Origin: a virus
Taxonomy: Duplodnaviria; Caudoviricetes
Length of the DNA: 64,000 nucleotides
IMG/VR virus record: IMGVR_UViG_3300024181_000005
Span: 706-64,705 of that record
Reading direction: 5' to 3' (one strand)
The translations under genes and the position numbers were made by a program. The notes under the pieces are model-generated. The model had not been told where the DNA came from, ran no database searches, and saw only the letters and a program-made list of their open reading frames with translations. Positions 1-9,257 of the stretch are shown piece after piece (position 1 is the first letter of the stretch; every line of letters starts with the position of its first letter).

Positions 1-750
1 ATCGTCAAGCGAATGCGTCACGGTGTACTGACCCGTTGACTGCGGAGTCAGCAGCCGCAACGCGTCCGGGTTCGGGTTGCTGGCCTCGTTCGGCGGGTCC
101 TCTTCCCAGTCGGCCGTGATGTCTGCCGGGGCGTACACCGGGGCAGAGGTGTCCAGGGCTCCGGCCAGCGTCGGTGTGCTGGCCCCCAGGGTATTGACGT
201 TATCGACTTCGGCGAAGTTGTTGGTACCGTTGTTGCGATGGCTCTCGAAGATGAGCTGAAGGTCCACGGCCGTGCTCAGCCAGCTCGGTGCACCGAGCGT
301 ACGCTGGGTGGTCCAGGCAATGCCGTCCGAGGACGTCTGGAACAGGATGTTGGCACCCGACTTCAGGATGCGCATCCAGGCGTGCGTCGTGCTGTTGTAC
401 GTGATGCCGACCGAGGTGGCGTCTACGTACCCGACACGACTGACGCAGTAGAACTTCCCGTCGAACATGTTGATGTAGAAGCCGACGTCGGTGCCGAGTG
501 GCTGGCCAGCACTGTAGAGCACCATCTCCAGATAGCACTCGGTCGTGGCGCTGGCAAGCGCAGGCGGGTACAGCCGCGCGTAGACGTCGCTCCAGGTGTA
601 ATCCGTCGCCGTGGCCAGCGCGCTATATCCGGTGTCACAGGTGATGCGGCTCCGGCCGCCGGTCTCGGTAACCGTGCCGTATCGCCCGGACCAGATCGGT
701 GCGATGACACCGTCGTCAAAGTTGTCAATGAGACTGCTGGTGAGCGCCAT
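1..750 (-). CDS. Minor tail protein, 5' part (runs off window start)
   Basis: Translated by hand: MALTSSLIDNFDDGVIAPIWSGRYG...YTVTHSLDD, open to position 1. ATG overlaps the TGA of the upstream gene (TGATG). Not in the ORF track because it has no stop in the window. Confidence 0.85.
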   Translation of the reverse strand, partial: MALTSSLIDNFDDGVIAPIWSGRYGTVTETGGRSRITCDTGYSALATATDYTWSDVYARLYPPALASATTECYLEMVLYSAGQPLGTDVGFYINMFDGKFYCVSRVGYVDATSVGITYNSTTHAWMRILKSGANILFQTSSDGIAWTTQRTLGAPSWLSTAVDLQLIFESHRNNGTNNFAEVDNVNTLGASTPTLAGALDTSAPVYAPADITADWEEDPPNEASNPNPDALRLLTPQSTGQYTVTHSLDD

Positions 751-1679
751 CAGGCCGTCAGCTCCCTCAGGTTCAGGGCCAGCGAGTCACGGAAGCGGGC
801 CGCGAACGGGACCGAATCGTTCAAGCCGACGATCTCTACTGGCCGGATGCCCGTCCCGGGAGCCCACGTGTTCAGAACCGAGTCCTGCTCGAGCAACGGC
901 TCGTCGATATACAGTGAACCGCCGGTCGTCACGGAGGACCCCGTCACCACCCACAGTGGGCGGACGTAGGCCGCGTTCGATGGGCTGGTCCCGCTCACGC
1001 TCAGGCGCTGCCAGGCTGTCACAGCCGTTGCGCCACTGCTGATCTGCGAACCGATGATGGTACCGGTGATGTCCTGCCACTCCAGCACCATTGCCACCGT
1101 GATCGACGTATCGACGACCCCGTCGGGCTTCAGCCACGAACTGAAGGTGTACGGCAGGCTCGGCGCAACCGGATGGGCGAACCATGAGCGGTACAGCGGC
1201 TGAACCCCGAGCGTCGGGGTGGTGGCCGCCGTCACACTCCACAGCCAGCGAATCGACCGCGTTCCGCCGGTCCGATGGATGTTGGTCGCCACCGAGTTGC
1301 TACTCACCGTGCCGTTCGATCCTCCCGACGTGATGAGGTGGGTTGTGTCCATGCGTAGGTTCGTCGCACTGGCCACATTGGGCGGAAGCAGGTTTGGTGC
1401 GCTCGGGTCGATGAACACGAAGGGGCCGGGACCGTTCATCCCGAGCCAGTATTGCTCGACCCGCGCGTAGGTGTCAGCGTGCAACACTTCCCAGTTCACG
1501 GTGTAGGCCCGAGAGCCATCGACCATAGACGAGACCATGTGCTGACCCGAGCCCGCCACGAAGTCCGACGTGAGTCGCTCGTATGAGCGGTCCATGTCGC
1601 CGCGTGGATAGGGCATCGTGACCAGCGCTCCCGGTCGCCCGAAGTACACGTCGGGCACTTGACGTTCAGAGCGAACCAT
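750..1679 (-). CDS. Minor tail / distal-tail-like protein with carbohydrate-binding-like insert
   Basis: Directly downstream of the tape measure gene; beta-rich central domain (YTFSSWLK...YIDEPLLEQ). Confidence 0.7.
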   Translation of the reverse strand: MVRSERQVPDVYFGRPGALVTMPYPRGDMDRSYERLTSDFVAGSGQHMVSSMVDGSRAYTVNWEVLHADTYARVEQYWLGMNGPGPFVFIDPSAPNLLPPNVASATNLRMDTTHLITSGGSNGTVSSNSVATNIHRTGGTRSIRWLWSVTAATTPTLGVQPLYRSWFAHPVAPSLPYTFSSWLKPDGVVDTSITVAMVLEWQDITGTIIGSQISSGATAVTAWQRLSVSGTSPSNAAYVRPLWVVTGSSVTTGGSLYIDEPLLEQDSVLNTWAPGTGIRPVEIVGLNDSVPFAARFRDSLALNLRELTA

Positions 1680-4600
1680 TATGCTGTCCTTCCCGAACCG
1701 GCCCAGGAGGTCTGCCTAGTGCCTTCAGTGGTTGCCTTAGAGACGACGGTCGGGTTGCCTGTGACTGCGTCCACGATGAACGCCGTGAGCACCTTCCCGT
1801 CAAGAACGAGGTTGTACGGCCCGAACGCTCCTGCGGAGGGAGCGGGTGGGGGAGTCGGTGTCGTCGCGGATACCGTCGCTCCGCCCGAGGTTGTTGCGAG
1901 CGCAGGTAGCGCCACCGTCGGGGCTACCGCAGCGTTCGCGAGGCTCTTCCCCGCGAGCACCACCGCCCGCAGCCCGTTCTTGATGCCGTCCGTGAGACCC
2001 CGGCTGATGAACTCACCGAGTTGGAACATGACCCGCGACGGGCTCTTGATCTTGAGCGCCTTCTTGATGGCCGCTGCCATCTTCTTCGCTATCTGATCCA
2101 TCTGCTTGTCGATAGCTTTCTGCTGGCTCTTCAGGCCGTTCACGAGGCCCTGCGCGGCCCGCACTCCCGCGCCGTACAGCGCATCCGCCGTGGCCTTGCC
2201 AACGCTGTTCGCGGCGGTGCCGAGCTGGCTCTGAAGGCTGTTGAACGTCTTGATGTCCTCGGCGCTCGCCGTCGCCAGCGCCTTCGCCATGACCCCGCCG
2301 TCCGCGACGCCAGCATTAGCAATCTGTGCGATCAGGTCCTTGTTCAGACCGCGCTTCGCGAGCGTCTGGATGTCGGCCGCGAACTGCTTCGCCTGCGCGA
2401 CAGCCTTGGCGAAGCTGGCCTTGACGCTCTCAAGGTTGACGGCCTTCTTACCGGGCTGGATGATACTGAATGAGTCCTTGACCGATTGCGCGGCCTTGGC
2501 CTGTGCGTCGGCGTAACTCTTCTGAACCGCCGTCAGACTGGCCTGCGCAGTCTTGAGCTTGCCTGCTACCGTCACGGCCTTGTTCGAGAGCGCCGTGAGC
2601 TGCTTCGTACCCTTGTTCAGCGTGTTCAGCACGCTGTTCTTCTGGCTCTTCTTGATGACCCGGCTGCTGAACGCATCGTTGACGCTGTTGGCCACCCGGT
2701 TCGCCGCCGCGCGCACCTGCTTGGCGGTACCGGTCAGGCCGTTGATGAGGCCCTGATTGATGAACCGGCCCAGAGTGACCATCACTCGAGACGGGCTGCT
2801 GATATGCAACGTGCTCTTGACGCCGTTGATGACCTGCTTACCGACGGAGGCCGCCGCACTCACCGCAGCCCCGACAGCACCGGAGATACCGCGAGCCAGG
2901 CCCAGCACCACATCGCGGCCTGCTCCCACGAGCAGGCTCCCGAGGTTGCCGACCGCGCTCTTGACTTTGCCAGGCAACGAACGTGCCACGTTCGTGACAC
3001 TGCTGATGCCGGAGTTGAACGCGTTGCGCACCGCGTTCCAGGCTGCGGTCGCCACCGCCACGATCTGGCCCGGGAGCGCGCTGATGGCCGCCCGCGCGCG
3101 GCCTGGCAATGCCTGCGCAAACCCCACCACAGCCGCAATGCCGGTAGCGAATGCTGTGCGCACCGCGTTCCAAGCATTCGTGGCTAGATTGACCAGGGTG
3201 CTGCCCAGAGCCGACAGCGCCGAGGCCACGCGCCCCGGTACCGCAGCCACGAACGAGATAACCAGGCCGATCTCCTGGCCGAACGTGAAGGCCATCGCTT
3301 TGACCGCAGCACTGACCGAGCTGACCAGTGTTCCGGGCAGAGCCGCCAACGCGCCACCGATACGACCGGGCAGGCTGGTGAACCATCCGATGATGGCCGC
3401 GCCTGCGGTCACTACCGCGTTGTACGCCCCGGTGATGGCGCCGGTGAAGCCGGAGATGAGGGCCTGGCCGAAACCGAGGACCGCTCCCACGATTGTAGTG
3501 AGCGCCACCTGCATCTTGACCAGGAACGTGACGACCTTGATACCCACGGTGATGAACTGCACCAGGATGGGCACGAACTGAACGAAGGCGTTGACCAGCA
3601 CCGGGATCAGCGGGATGATGGCCGTGAGACCCTGTTGAAGCGCACCCGAGACCACCGTCGCCAGCTCGGTGAACGCAGGCACGAGCTTCTGCATACTGTC
3701 GAGGAGCTGCGGGAGGACCGGGAGGAGGGCGTCCGCGAAGGTGGTCGCCACCTTCACAATGAGCGGTGCGACCGGTGCGAACGCCTTGGCGATAGCCGAC
3801 CCGAGCTGGGCGGCCAACGGCAGGTTCTGCGCGAACGCCTGCACGACCGGGACCAGCGCCTGGAAGGCCTCGAGCATCGCCCCGCCGAGTACGCCGATAA
3901 CCGGACCCAGCTCCGAGGCGAGTGCGCTCAGCCCGGTAGCGAGCTGCGTGGCGATCAGGCTCACGAGCTGGGCTACCGGCGGGATAAGCGGCGCCACCGC
4001 ACCGAGAATGTCCGCGATCGCCTTAGCTACCGGAGCCAGGGCTGGCGTGAGCGCCTCGACCACCTTCAGGAGCTGCGGCCCCACGGTCTGGGCGATCTGG
4101 CTGAACGCAGGCCCGAGGGCTCCGGCGAGGGCTCCGGCGAGCTTCGTGATGACCGGAGACAGTTGTCCGGCCACCTGCGCGAGCCCCGTGAACAGGCTCG
4201 TGATGGCGCTCTTACCTGCCGCGCTCTTCAGGAACTCGTTGAAGGCGCCGGTGATGCTGGCCAACGTATTGAGCAGCCCACCCCCCGTCCCCGCCGCAGT
4301 AGCGAAGACGGTTTGCAGGATGCCGCCGACGTTCTGAGCGATGGTACCAAGCGTCTTCAGCGTGGCGAGGGCCGTGTCGATCCACGATTGCAGGCGACCA
4401 TCACTCGCCACCGCGCTGAGCCAGATCGTGAACTTTTCGGCCAGCCCGTCAACCGCCACTCCCATCTTCGCGAGCAGCGGCAAGCCCACGTCGCCCACCG
4501 ACCGCAGCGCGCCGAGGAGCGGCACGATGTTGGGCAGCACCTGCGCGAGCGCAGCCTTGAACGTATCGATGGCCCGCGTGAGAAACGCAACGCTATCGGC

Positions 4601-5251
4601 GCTCAGCGCGAAGTTGCTGACTTGTCGGGTGGTCTCTCCGAACAGGCTCGCGAGCCCATTTAGGCTCGGCTTCAGTTGGGCGAGCGCCTTGGTGGCGCGC
4701 GGCACCTGATCGGCAAGATGACTGGCCTCGAAGAAGCTCTGCTGGAGCCCCTGCTGGAATTTCGTCAGCTCGGGCGCCGCAGCCCGGATCGCCTTCGCGA
4801 AGTCCTGGGCTGCGGGGGCCAGGTTCTTGATTGCCTTCTCGAACTTCGCCGGGTCGGTCTCGAACGCGGCTTTGACCGCATCCCCGACACCCGCAAACGC
4901 AGCCTTCATCACACCGACCGCCGCCGCTATCCCGACGAACGCACCGGGGATAGCAGCGGACAGGCTGAGAATGCTCGTCAGGGCTGGCACGATTCCGAGC
5001 AGTTGCACAACCGCGTTCCCGGCCGCCGCCCCGACCTGGATCAGGCCGACACCCAACGCCGAGATCTTGCCGAGGCTGGCCAGGCTCTTGCCCAACTTCT
5101 TGAAGGTGGCCGAGAGCTTCTTGACATCCTTGTCGGTCTTCTTGGAGGACTTACCGACGTCGTCAATGTCGTGCTGGGCCCGGTCGACCTGTTCCTTGCC
5201 GGTGTACTCCAGCTCGATCTTTCCGTGAGCCGTGCCGAGATCGTAAGCCAC
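1679..5251 (-). CDS. Tape measure protein
   Basis: 1190 aa, Ala/Gly/Leu-rich helical; LKIKSPSRVM-type motifs near the C-terminus; follows the tail chaperones. Confidence 0.95.
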   Translation of the reverse strand: MAYDLGTAHGKIELEYTGKEQVDRAQHDIDDVGKSSKKTDKDVKKLSATFKKLGKSLASLGKISALGVGLIQVGAAAGNAVVQLLGIVPALTSILSLSAAIPGAFVGIAAAVGVMKAAFAGVGDAVKAAFETDPAKFEKAIKNLAPAAQDFAKAIRAAAPELTKFQQGLQQSFFEASHLADQVPRATKALAQLKPSLNGLASLFGETTRQVSNFALSADSVAFLTRAIDTFKAALAQVLPNIVPLLGALRSVGDVGLPLLAKMGVAVDGLAEKFTIWLSAVASDGRLQSWIDTALATLKTLGTIAQNVGGILQTVFATAAGTGGGLLNTLASITGAFNEFLKSAAGKSAITSLFTGLAQVAGQLSPVITKLAGALAGALGPAFSQIAQTVGPQLLKVVEALTPALAPVAKAIADILGAVAPLIPPVAQLVSLIATQLATGLSALASELGPVIGVLGGAMLEAFQALVPVVQAFAQNLPLAAQLGSAIAKAFAPVAPLIVKVATTFADALLPVLPQLLDSMQKLVPAFTELATVVSGALQQGLTAIIPLIPVLVNAFVQFVPILVQFITVGIKVVTFLVKMQVALTTIVGAVLGFGQALISGFTGAITGAYNAVVTAGAAIIGWFTSLPGRIGGALAALPGTLVSSVSAAVKAMAFTFGQEIGLVISFVAAVPGRVASALSALGSTLVNLATNAWNAVRTAFATGIAAVVGFAQALPGRARAAISALPGQIVAVATAAWNAVRNAFNSGISSVTNVARSLPGKVKSAVGNLGSLLVGAGRDVVLGLARGISGAVGAAVSAAASVGKQVINGVKSTLHISSPSRVMVTLGRFINQGLINGLTGTAKQVRAAANRVANSVNDAFSSRVIKKSQKNSVLNTLNKGTKQLTALSNKAVTVAGKLKTAQASLTAVQKSYADAQAKAAQSVKDSFSIIQPGKKAVNLESVKASFAKAVAQAKQFAADIQTLAKRGLNKDLIAQIANAGVADGGVMAKALATASAEDIKTFNSLQSQLGTAANSVGKATADALYGAGVRAAQGLVNGLKSQQKAIDKQMDQIAKKMAAAIKKALKIKSPSRVMFQLGEFISRGLTDGIKNGLRAVVLAGKSLANAAVAPTVALPALATTSGGATVSATTPTPPPAPSAGAFGPYNLVLDGKVLTAFIVDAVTGNPTVVSKATTEGTRQTSWAGSGRTA

Positions 5252-5255
5252 AGCC

Positions 5256-5492
5256 CTACTCCCGCTTTCTAGGGTCGGCGTAACGCCGCTCAGATGGCAG
5301 CCAACGCCGGATCACGCGCTGGCGGGCCCGCTCCATGCCGCGAGCGTCTTTCGCGTCGCTGGTGGCATCTGAGAGGGCTGCTTCGAAGCTCACACCCCAC
5401 CGCGTCACCGCGCTATCGAGGGCGTATGCCTCGAGGCTCTCCGGCGGGATCCCGAAGAGCGCGCTGGGTCGGCAGTGCAGGGCGCGGCTCAT
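5256..5492 (-). CDS. Tail assembly chaperone, downstream (frameshift-extension) ORF
   Basis: Between chaperone and tape measure; frame is open upstream into the +1 frame of the chaperone gene. Confidence 0.75.
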   Translation of the reverse strand: MSRALHCRPSALFGIPPESLEAYALDSAVTRWGVSFEAALSDATSDAKDARGMERARQRVIRRWLPSERRYADPRKRE

Positions 5493-5502
5493 GTTCCACG
5501 CG

Positions 5503-6081
5503 TTAGCGAGGCTCTCCGGGCTCCGTGCGAAAGGAGTCGAACGTCCCGACCCCCTGCAACGCCCGGTTCATGATGGCCAGACGGTCCTCGAGGTCGATGC
5601 TGTCCACGTAGATCAGACCGGGGATCTTCATGGCACCCTCGTCGGGGATCATGTGCACCTGCGGCCGAATCACAGCGAGCGGCACGATGACGTTGACGAG
5701 ATCCACCATGACGTTGACCGTGTCGGCGTCCGGCATCTCCTCGACCCTCGCGGGCGGAAGCCCTTCGGCCTTGTCGATGAGCTCCTGCGTGATCCCGGGC
5801 AGGCGCGTCACCTGATCGATGATACCGCGCCGCAGAAGCTCCTCCACGGGAACCTTCTGCATGCGACACAGCGCACCGCTCGGGCAGATGAAGTCGAAGT
5901 CCTGCACAGCCCAGACCTCGGCCGCCGGACGTGCCTGCGGAGCAGAGGGTCGGGAGGGCTGAACGTAGACGGGTTGTCCGAGGCCGGTCTCCTGCTGGAT
6001 GCCCGAGAAGGAGGCCGCGTTCGCAGCCTTCCACTCCTCGAACTGCTGGCCTGTCATCTCGGAGAAGTTCGGTGCTGTCAT
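5503..6081 (-). CDS. Tail assembly chaperone
   Basis: Position between major tail and tape measure genes; candidate slippery site near the 3' end. Confidence 0.8.
   Translation of the reverse strand: MTAPNFSEMTGQQFEEWKAANAASFSGIQQETGLGQPVYVQPSRPSAPQARPAAEVWAVQDFDFICPSGALCRMQKVPVEELLRRGIIDQVTRLPGITQELIDKAEGLPPARVEEMPDADTVNVMVDLVNVIVPLAVIRPQVHMIPDEGAMKIPGLIYVDSIDLEDRLAIMNRALQGVGTFDSFRTEPGEPR
5527..5535 (-). other. Candidate +1 programmed frameshift site UCC_UUU_CGC
   Basis: UUU->UUC slip puts translation in frame with ORF 5256..5492 (…SF-ARSPESLANAWNMSRAL…). Confidence 0.7.
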
Positions 6082-6118
6082 GGCTGCGCTCCTTGGCGTC
6101 TATGAATGATCGGTGAAG

Positions 6119-6168
6119 CCCGAGCCGGGACGCGGGGGTCCCCGGGGGAAGGCACGCCCCGGCTCGGG
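6119..6168 (-). terminator. GC-rich hairpin after the major tail gene
   Basis: 11-bp inverted repeat cccgagccggg / cccggctcggg; no U-tract. Confidence 0.5.
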
Positions 6169-6174
6169 GGTCTA

Positions 6175-6717
6175 CTAGGCGATGGCCGCTGCGGTCTCGT
6201 TCTCGACGAAGGCCCAAACCTTGCCGACGTCCGCCACGGTCAGCGTCGCGATGGCGTTGCCCTCGCAGTGCGTGACCCAGAACTCCTGGTCGGTGTGACT
6301 GCCGGAGACCTGAGTCGCCTTGCAGCGGTACAGGACAAGGTGGCTGTCCCCGCCGGACTCGGCGATCGACTGGCCCTCCATGAAGAAGTCGGGGTAGGCG
6401 TCTGTGCCCATCCGCGTCCACTTCTTCACAATGCTCGGCGTCGTACCGCTGGTCGCGACGGCACCCCCGGCGATGATGACCATGGACTCGAGGCTGTAGC
6501 CACCACCCTCGAGGGTCCAGTCGACCGAGTCGATCGTCACGCGCTGGGCCACGACCTGGTCGTCACCGCGAAGCTCCTGGCTGGAAGTCGACTCCTCGAA
6601 CTCCAGCGTTTGCCCGTTGGGGAAGTCGACCAGAGAGCCCTTGACACCCGCGCTGTCGAGCGTGGCAACCTTGACGTCACGCAGACCGTAGGGGAGGCGA
6701 TTCGTGCTGAGCGCCAT
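6175..6717 (-). CDS. Major tail protein
   Basis: PYGLRDVKV...ELRGDD motif typical of actinophage major tail proteins; strong AAGGAG RBS. Confidence 0.85.
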   Translation of the reverse strand: MALSTNRLPYGLRDVKVATLDSAGVKGSLVDFPNGQTLEFEESTSSQELRGDDQVVAQRVTIDSVDWTLEGGGYSLESMVIIAGGAVATSGTTPSIVKKWTRMGTDAYPDFFMEGQSIAESGGDSHLVLYRCKATQVSGSHTDQEFWVTHCEGNAIATLTVADVGKVWAFVENETAAAIA

Positions 6718-7018
6718 GCGCTTCTCCTTCCTTGCTCGTGAATTCCCGATACCGCTTGGTTCCGAGGAACTCTCCAGTAGTGCTGTTGAAGCGGTGAAGA
6801 ACCACCACCCCCGGCCCCGCCCCGCAGCGCGAGCTACGGCACTTGACCTCGACCGCCTCGGCGATCAGTTCACCGAACTTGATGCCCTGCGGGCACCGAA
6901 GCTCGACGACTACAGGTTTACGACCTGGAACGCCGCGTCCGTCTTGAGGTAGGCCACCGCCTCGCGGCTCAGCGACGACGTCGGCACGAGGAACCGGCCG
7001 TTGGATCCCTTGCGCCAT
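6677..7018 (-). CDS. Small Cys-containing protein (ELRCP...EVKCRSSRCG...VVLHRF), overlapping both neighbours
   Basis: C-terminal half is protein-like; nearest canonical start is ATG 7018, preceded by GGAGGAGG. Confidence 0.5.
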   Translation of the reverse strand: MAQGIQRPVPRADVVAEPRGGGLPQDGRGVPGRKPVVVELRCPQGIKFGELIAEAVEVKCRSSRCGAGPGVVVLHRFNSTTGEFLGTKRYREFTSKEGEAHGAQHESPPLRSA

Positions 7019-7191
7019 ACGGCCTCCTCCGTCCCGAGCTCGATGTTGTGGACCTCGCGCATGTGGTCCGCGCTGATGGTGTGCAGGGACGTGAACTCGG
7101 TGCCGTAGGGCGGCCAGCCGATGAACTCCACGTACTCGTCGGTCTGCGGCTCCGCCGCCGACTCTTCGAACGCCTCGGTGACGTCGCTCAC
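6910..7191 (-). CDS. Hypothetical protein (neck/tail region)
   Basis: 93 aa; GTGA overlap with upstream gene. Confidence 0.65.
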   Translation of the reverse strand: MSDVTEAFEESAAEPQTDEYVEFIGWPPYGTEFTSLHTISADHMREVHNIELGTEEAVWRKGSNGRFLVPTSSLSREAVAYLKTDAAFQVVNL

Positions 7192-7580
7192 AGTCGTACT
7201 CCAATCACTTGCCAGCTCGAGAAGCTGAAGTTAGTGCCGTAGGTGGCGTCTTCCTGGTCTCCGCCCGTGCCGACGAAGTCACATTGGGACAGGCGCCCGT
7301 CCGAGCCGGTGAAGTTGCTCACGGCGTAGAGCACCGGGTAGAGCGCCTTGATGAACTGGTCGATACGCGAGTAGCTACCCCGCACGTCGTGCACATCGAC
7401 GCGCAGTTGGTACAGGTAGCTCTGTTTGGCCGCCCCGGGCACGGGAGCCAGCCATCGCTCGACCACGAACGGCTTCGGCGGATTGTCGACGACCGCGCCT
7501 GCTTGGTAGAACCGGGCCGCAGGCACGATCGCCGTCAGAGAGCTCTGTGCAATGAGCAAGTTGTGCATCGTCGCTCGCAT
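7188..7580 (-). CDS. Tail terminator-like protein
   Basis: Synteny; start re-called at ATG 7580 (MRATMHNLL). Confidence 0.7.
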   Translation of the reverse strand: MRATMHNLLIAQSSLTAIVPAARFYQAGAVVDNPPKPFVVERWLAPVPGAAKQSYLYQLRVDVHDVRGSYSRIDQFIKALYPVLYAVSNFTGSDGRLSQCDFVGTGGDQEDATYGTNFSFSSWQVIGVRL

Positions 7581-7584
7581 GGGA

Positions 7585-7956
7585 TCACCCGAGCCTGTCG
7601 AGGATCTTCGTGAGCGTCGCCATGACCTTCGGCGCATAGATCTTGATCGTCGGCATGATGATCGGACGCGCACTCTTGTACTGCTCGTCTTCGAGATAGA
7701 TGCCGTAGTCCACCGAGTGGCTCAGCACGATGGCGAAGTTGCTAGCCGCGATCGTGCTCCCGCTCTTCTGGGCTACCGCCGTCAGGCCGTTGCGTGCGTT
7801 CGTGGTGCGGTCGGTCCACGGTGCATTGTGCTTCATGTACCGCTCGACTGGCCCGTCCCAGTACTTGACGACCCCGTAGAGCGCGCGCTGGAGCTTGTCC
7901 TCCATGTGCTTCACGCTCTTGAACTTCGAGGTGTCCCACGTAAAGCCACTAGCCAC
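7585..7956 (-). CDS. HK97 gp10-like neck/tail-completion protein
   Basis: APWTDRTTNARNGL...HSVDYGIYLE motif; GTG start at 7956. Confidence 0.75.
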   Translation of the reverse strand: MASGFTWDTSKFKSVKHMEDKLQRALYGVVKYWDGPVERYMKHNAPWTDRTTNARNGLTAVAQKSGSTIAASNFAIVLSHSVDYGIYLEDEQYKSARPIIMPTIKIYAPKVMATLTKILDRLG

Positions 7957-8320
7957 GGTAGAACACCTCCCCCTTTGTCTCGTACTGCCTGCTCTGGTTG
8001 ACGAAGACCACCTCGTAGGTCTTGCCGTCAATCGTGAAGGTATCCCACCGCTCCATGTCGGCGCTGTACACGCCGAGCAGGGCATACGTGGGCTCCACGT
8101 CCTGACCGTCGGCGGTCGTCCGCTGCACACTGCCGACGTCGCGCAGCGGGATCAGTCGCATGGTCTGGGCAGGCAACGGGGCAGGCGTACCCGTGATAGT
8201 GCCACCCGCCCCGTCGCTCGTTCGGGCCGACCGCTCCAGGACAACGCTGAGGCTGTCGGCCCGAATGAAGGCCAGCGTGTTCGCCCGCTGCGCCCGGAGC
8301 TCGAGCGCCGCGATGCTCAC
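7949..8320 (-). CDS. Head-to-tail stopper-like protein
   Basis: Synteny, size (123 aa), C-terminal beta-rich DTFTIDGKTYEV. Confidence 0.7.
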   Translation of the reverse strand: MSIAALELRAQRANTLAFIRADSLSVVLERSARTSDGAGGTITGTPAPLPAQTMRLIPLRDVGSVQRTTADGQDVEPTYALLGVYSADMERWDTFTIDGKTYEVVFVNQSRQYETKGEVFYRG

Positions 8321-8640
8321 GAGAAGCCCCGGCGAATGCGGGAGACGACGGGCACATCAACGACCACGGCAACATCGCTGCTGTCGAGACCCTTGAAGTA
8401 TCCCGCCATCTCCTTAGCATTCTTGAACAGGTCGCCGAGCTTGCGGGAAGAACCGCTCTCGCTGACATCGACCAGTCCGGCGAAGTCCGCCGCCTTGACC
8501 GACCACACCTGACTAGCCGCTGCGTTCACAGTGGTGGCTTCGTCGAGATAGAGACCGAGCTTGACGTCCGACCATCCGTTCTCGTCATCGGGCTCGGCGA
8601 CGAGCCCGCGCAGTTCGAGGATGTCCTCCGGCGAAGCCAT
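8317..8640 (-). CDS. Head-to-tail adaptor-like protein
   Basis: Synteny; ELRGLVAEPD...WSD..L pattern. Confidence 0.7.
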   Translation of the reverse strand: MASPEDILELRGLVAEPDDENGWSDVKLGLYLDEATTVNAAASQVWSVKAADFAGLVDVSESGSSRKLGDLFKNAKEMAGYFKGLDSSDVAVVVDVPVVSRIRRGFS

Positions 8641-8643
8641 GGC

Positions 8644-9174
8644 TTACTCCTGGCTGTCCGCAGCGATCTCGCGGTCGTCTTCCATCAGACGCTCCACGAG
8701 CTCGCTCTTGGTACCGGTGCGGTTGAGGGGCGGCAGGCTGGCCTCAGCCCGCTCCTCGTTGCGCTTGTCGATCTCGGTCTGCAAGGCCGACACCGTCCAG
8801 CGCTTGTCCTCGTATGTTTCGACCGCTGTGCTGGCACCCTCGGGCTTCTCGCCGTTCACCGGCGTGTTGTCCACGATGGTGCCGCCGGTGGAGAAGTCAC
8901 CGCTAAGGGCTACGTTGCGGTTGTCCTCGTCGATCTGTTCCTGCTCGAGGCGGGCCAGCTCGTTCGTCGCATCAGCGATGATCGTGCGCAGGTCCGCCAT
9001 CCGCTCAGCGCGGGACTTCTTGGCGTCCTTGGCTGCCTTGCCGTGCTCGAGGTCGTTCTCCTCGATGCGCTGTCCGATGGTCATACCGTTGCCAGCAGCC
9101 ATGTCCAGGCGCTGCTCTGCCCACGTCCGATCCTCATCGGACAGGGGCTTCGTCCAGTCGATCTGTCGTGCCAT
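8644..9174 (-). CDS. Hypothetical protein with C-terminal SAP/HeH-like motif
   Basis: WTVSALQTEIDKRN...LNRTGTKSELVERL. Confidence 0.6.
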   Translation of the reverse strand: MARQIDWTKPLSDEDRTWAEQRLDMAAGNGMTIGQRIEENDLEHGKAAKDAKKSRAERMADLRTIIADATNELARLEQEQIDEDNRNVALSGDFSTGGTIVDNTPVNGEKPEGASTAVETYEDKRWTVSALQTEIDKRNEERAEASLPPLNRTGTKSELVERLMEDDREIAADSQE

Positions 9175-9257
9175 GACAAGCCTCTCTTCCTGCGGAGGGG
9201 AGGGCGGGGAGGAAGACCGGGACCGCTCCGGCTCCTGTACCCCGCCCTCCGGATCGG

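Noticed and set aside
5525-5545. GTTCGACTCC T-loop-like sequence in the tail chaperone
   Set aside because: No T-stem or acceptor pairing; it is coding and part of the frameshift context
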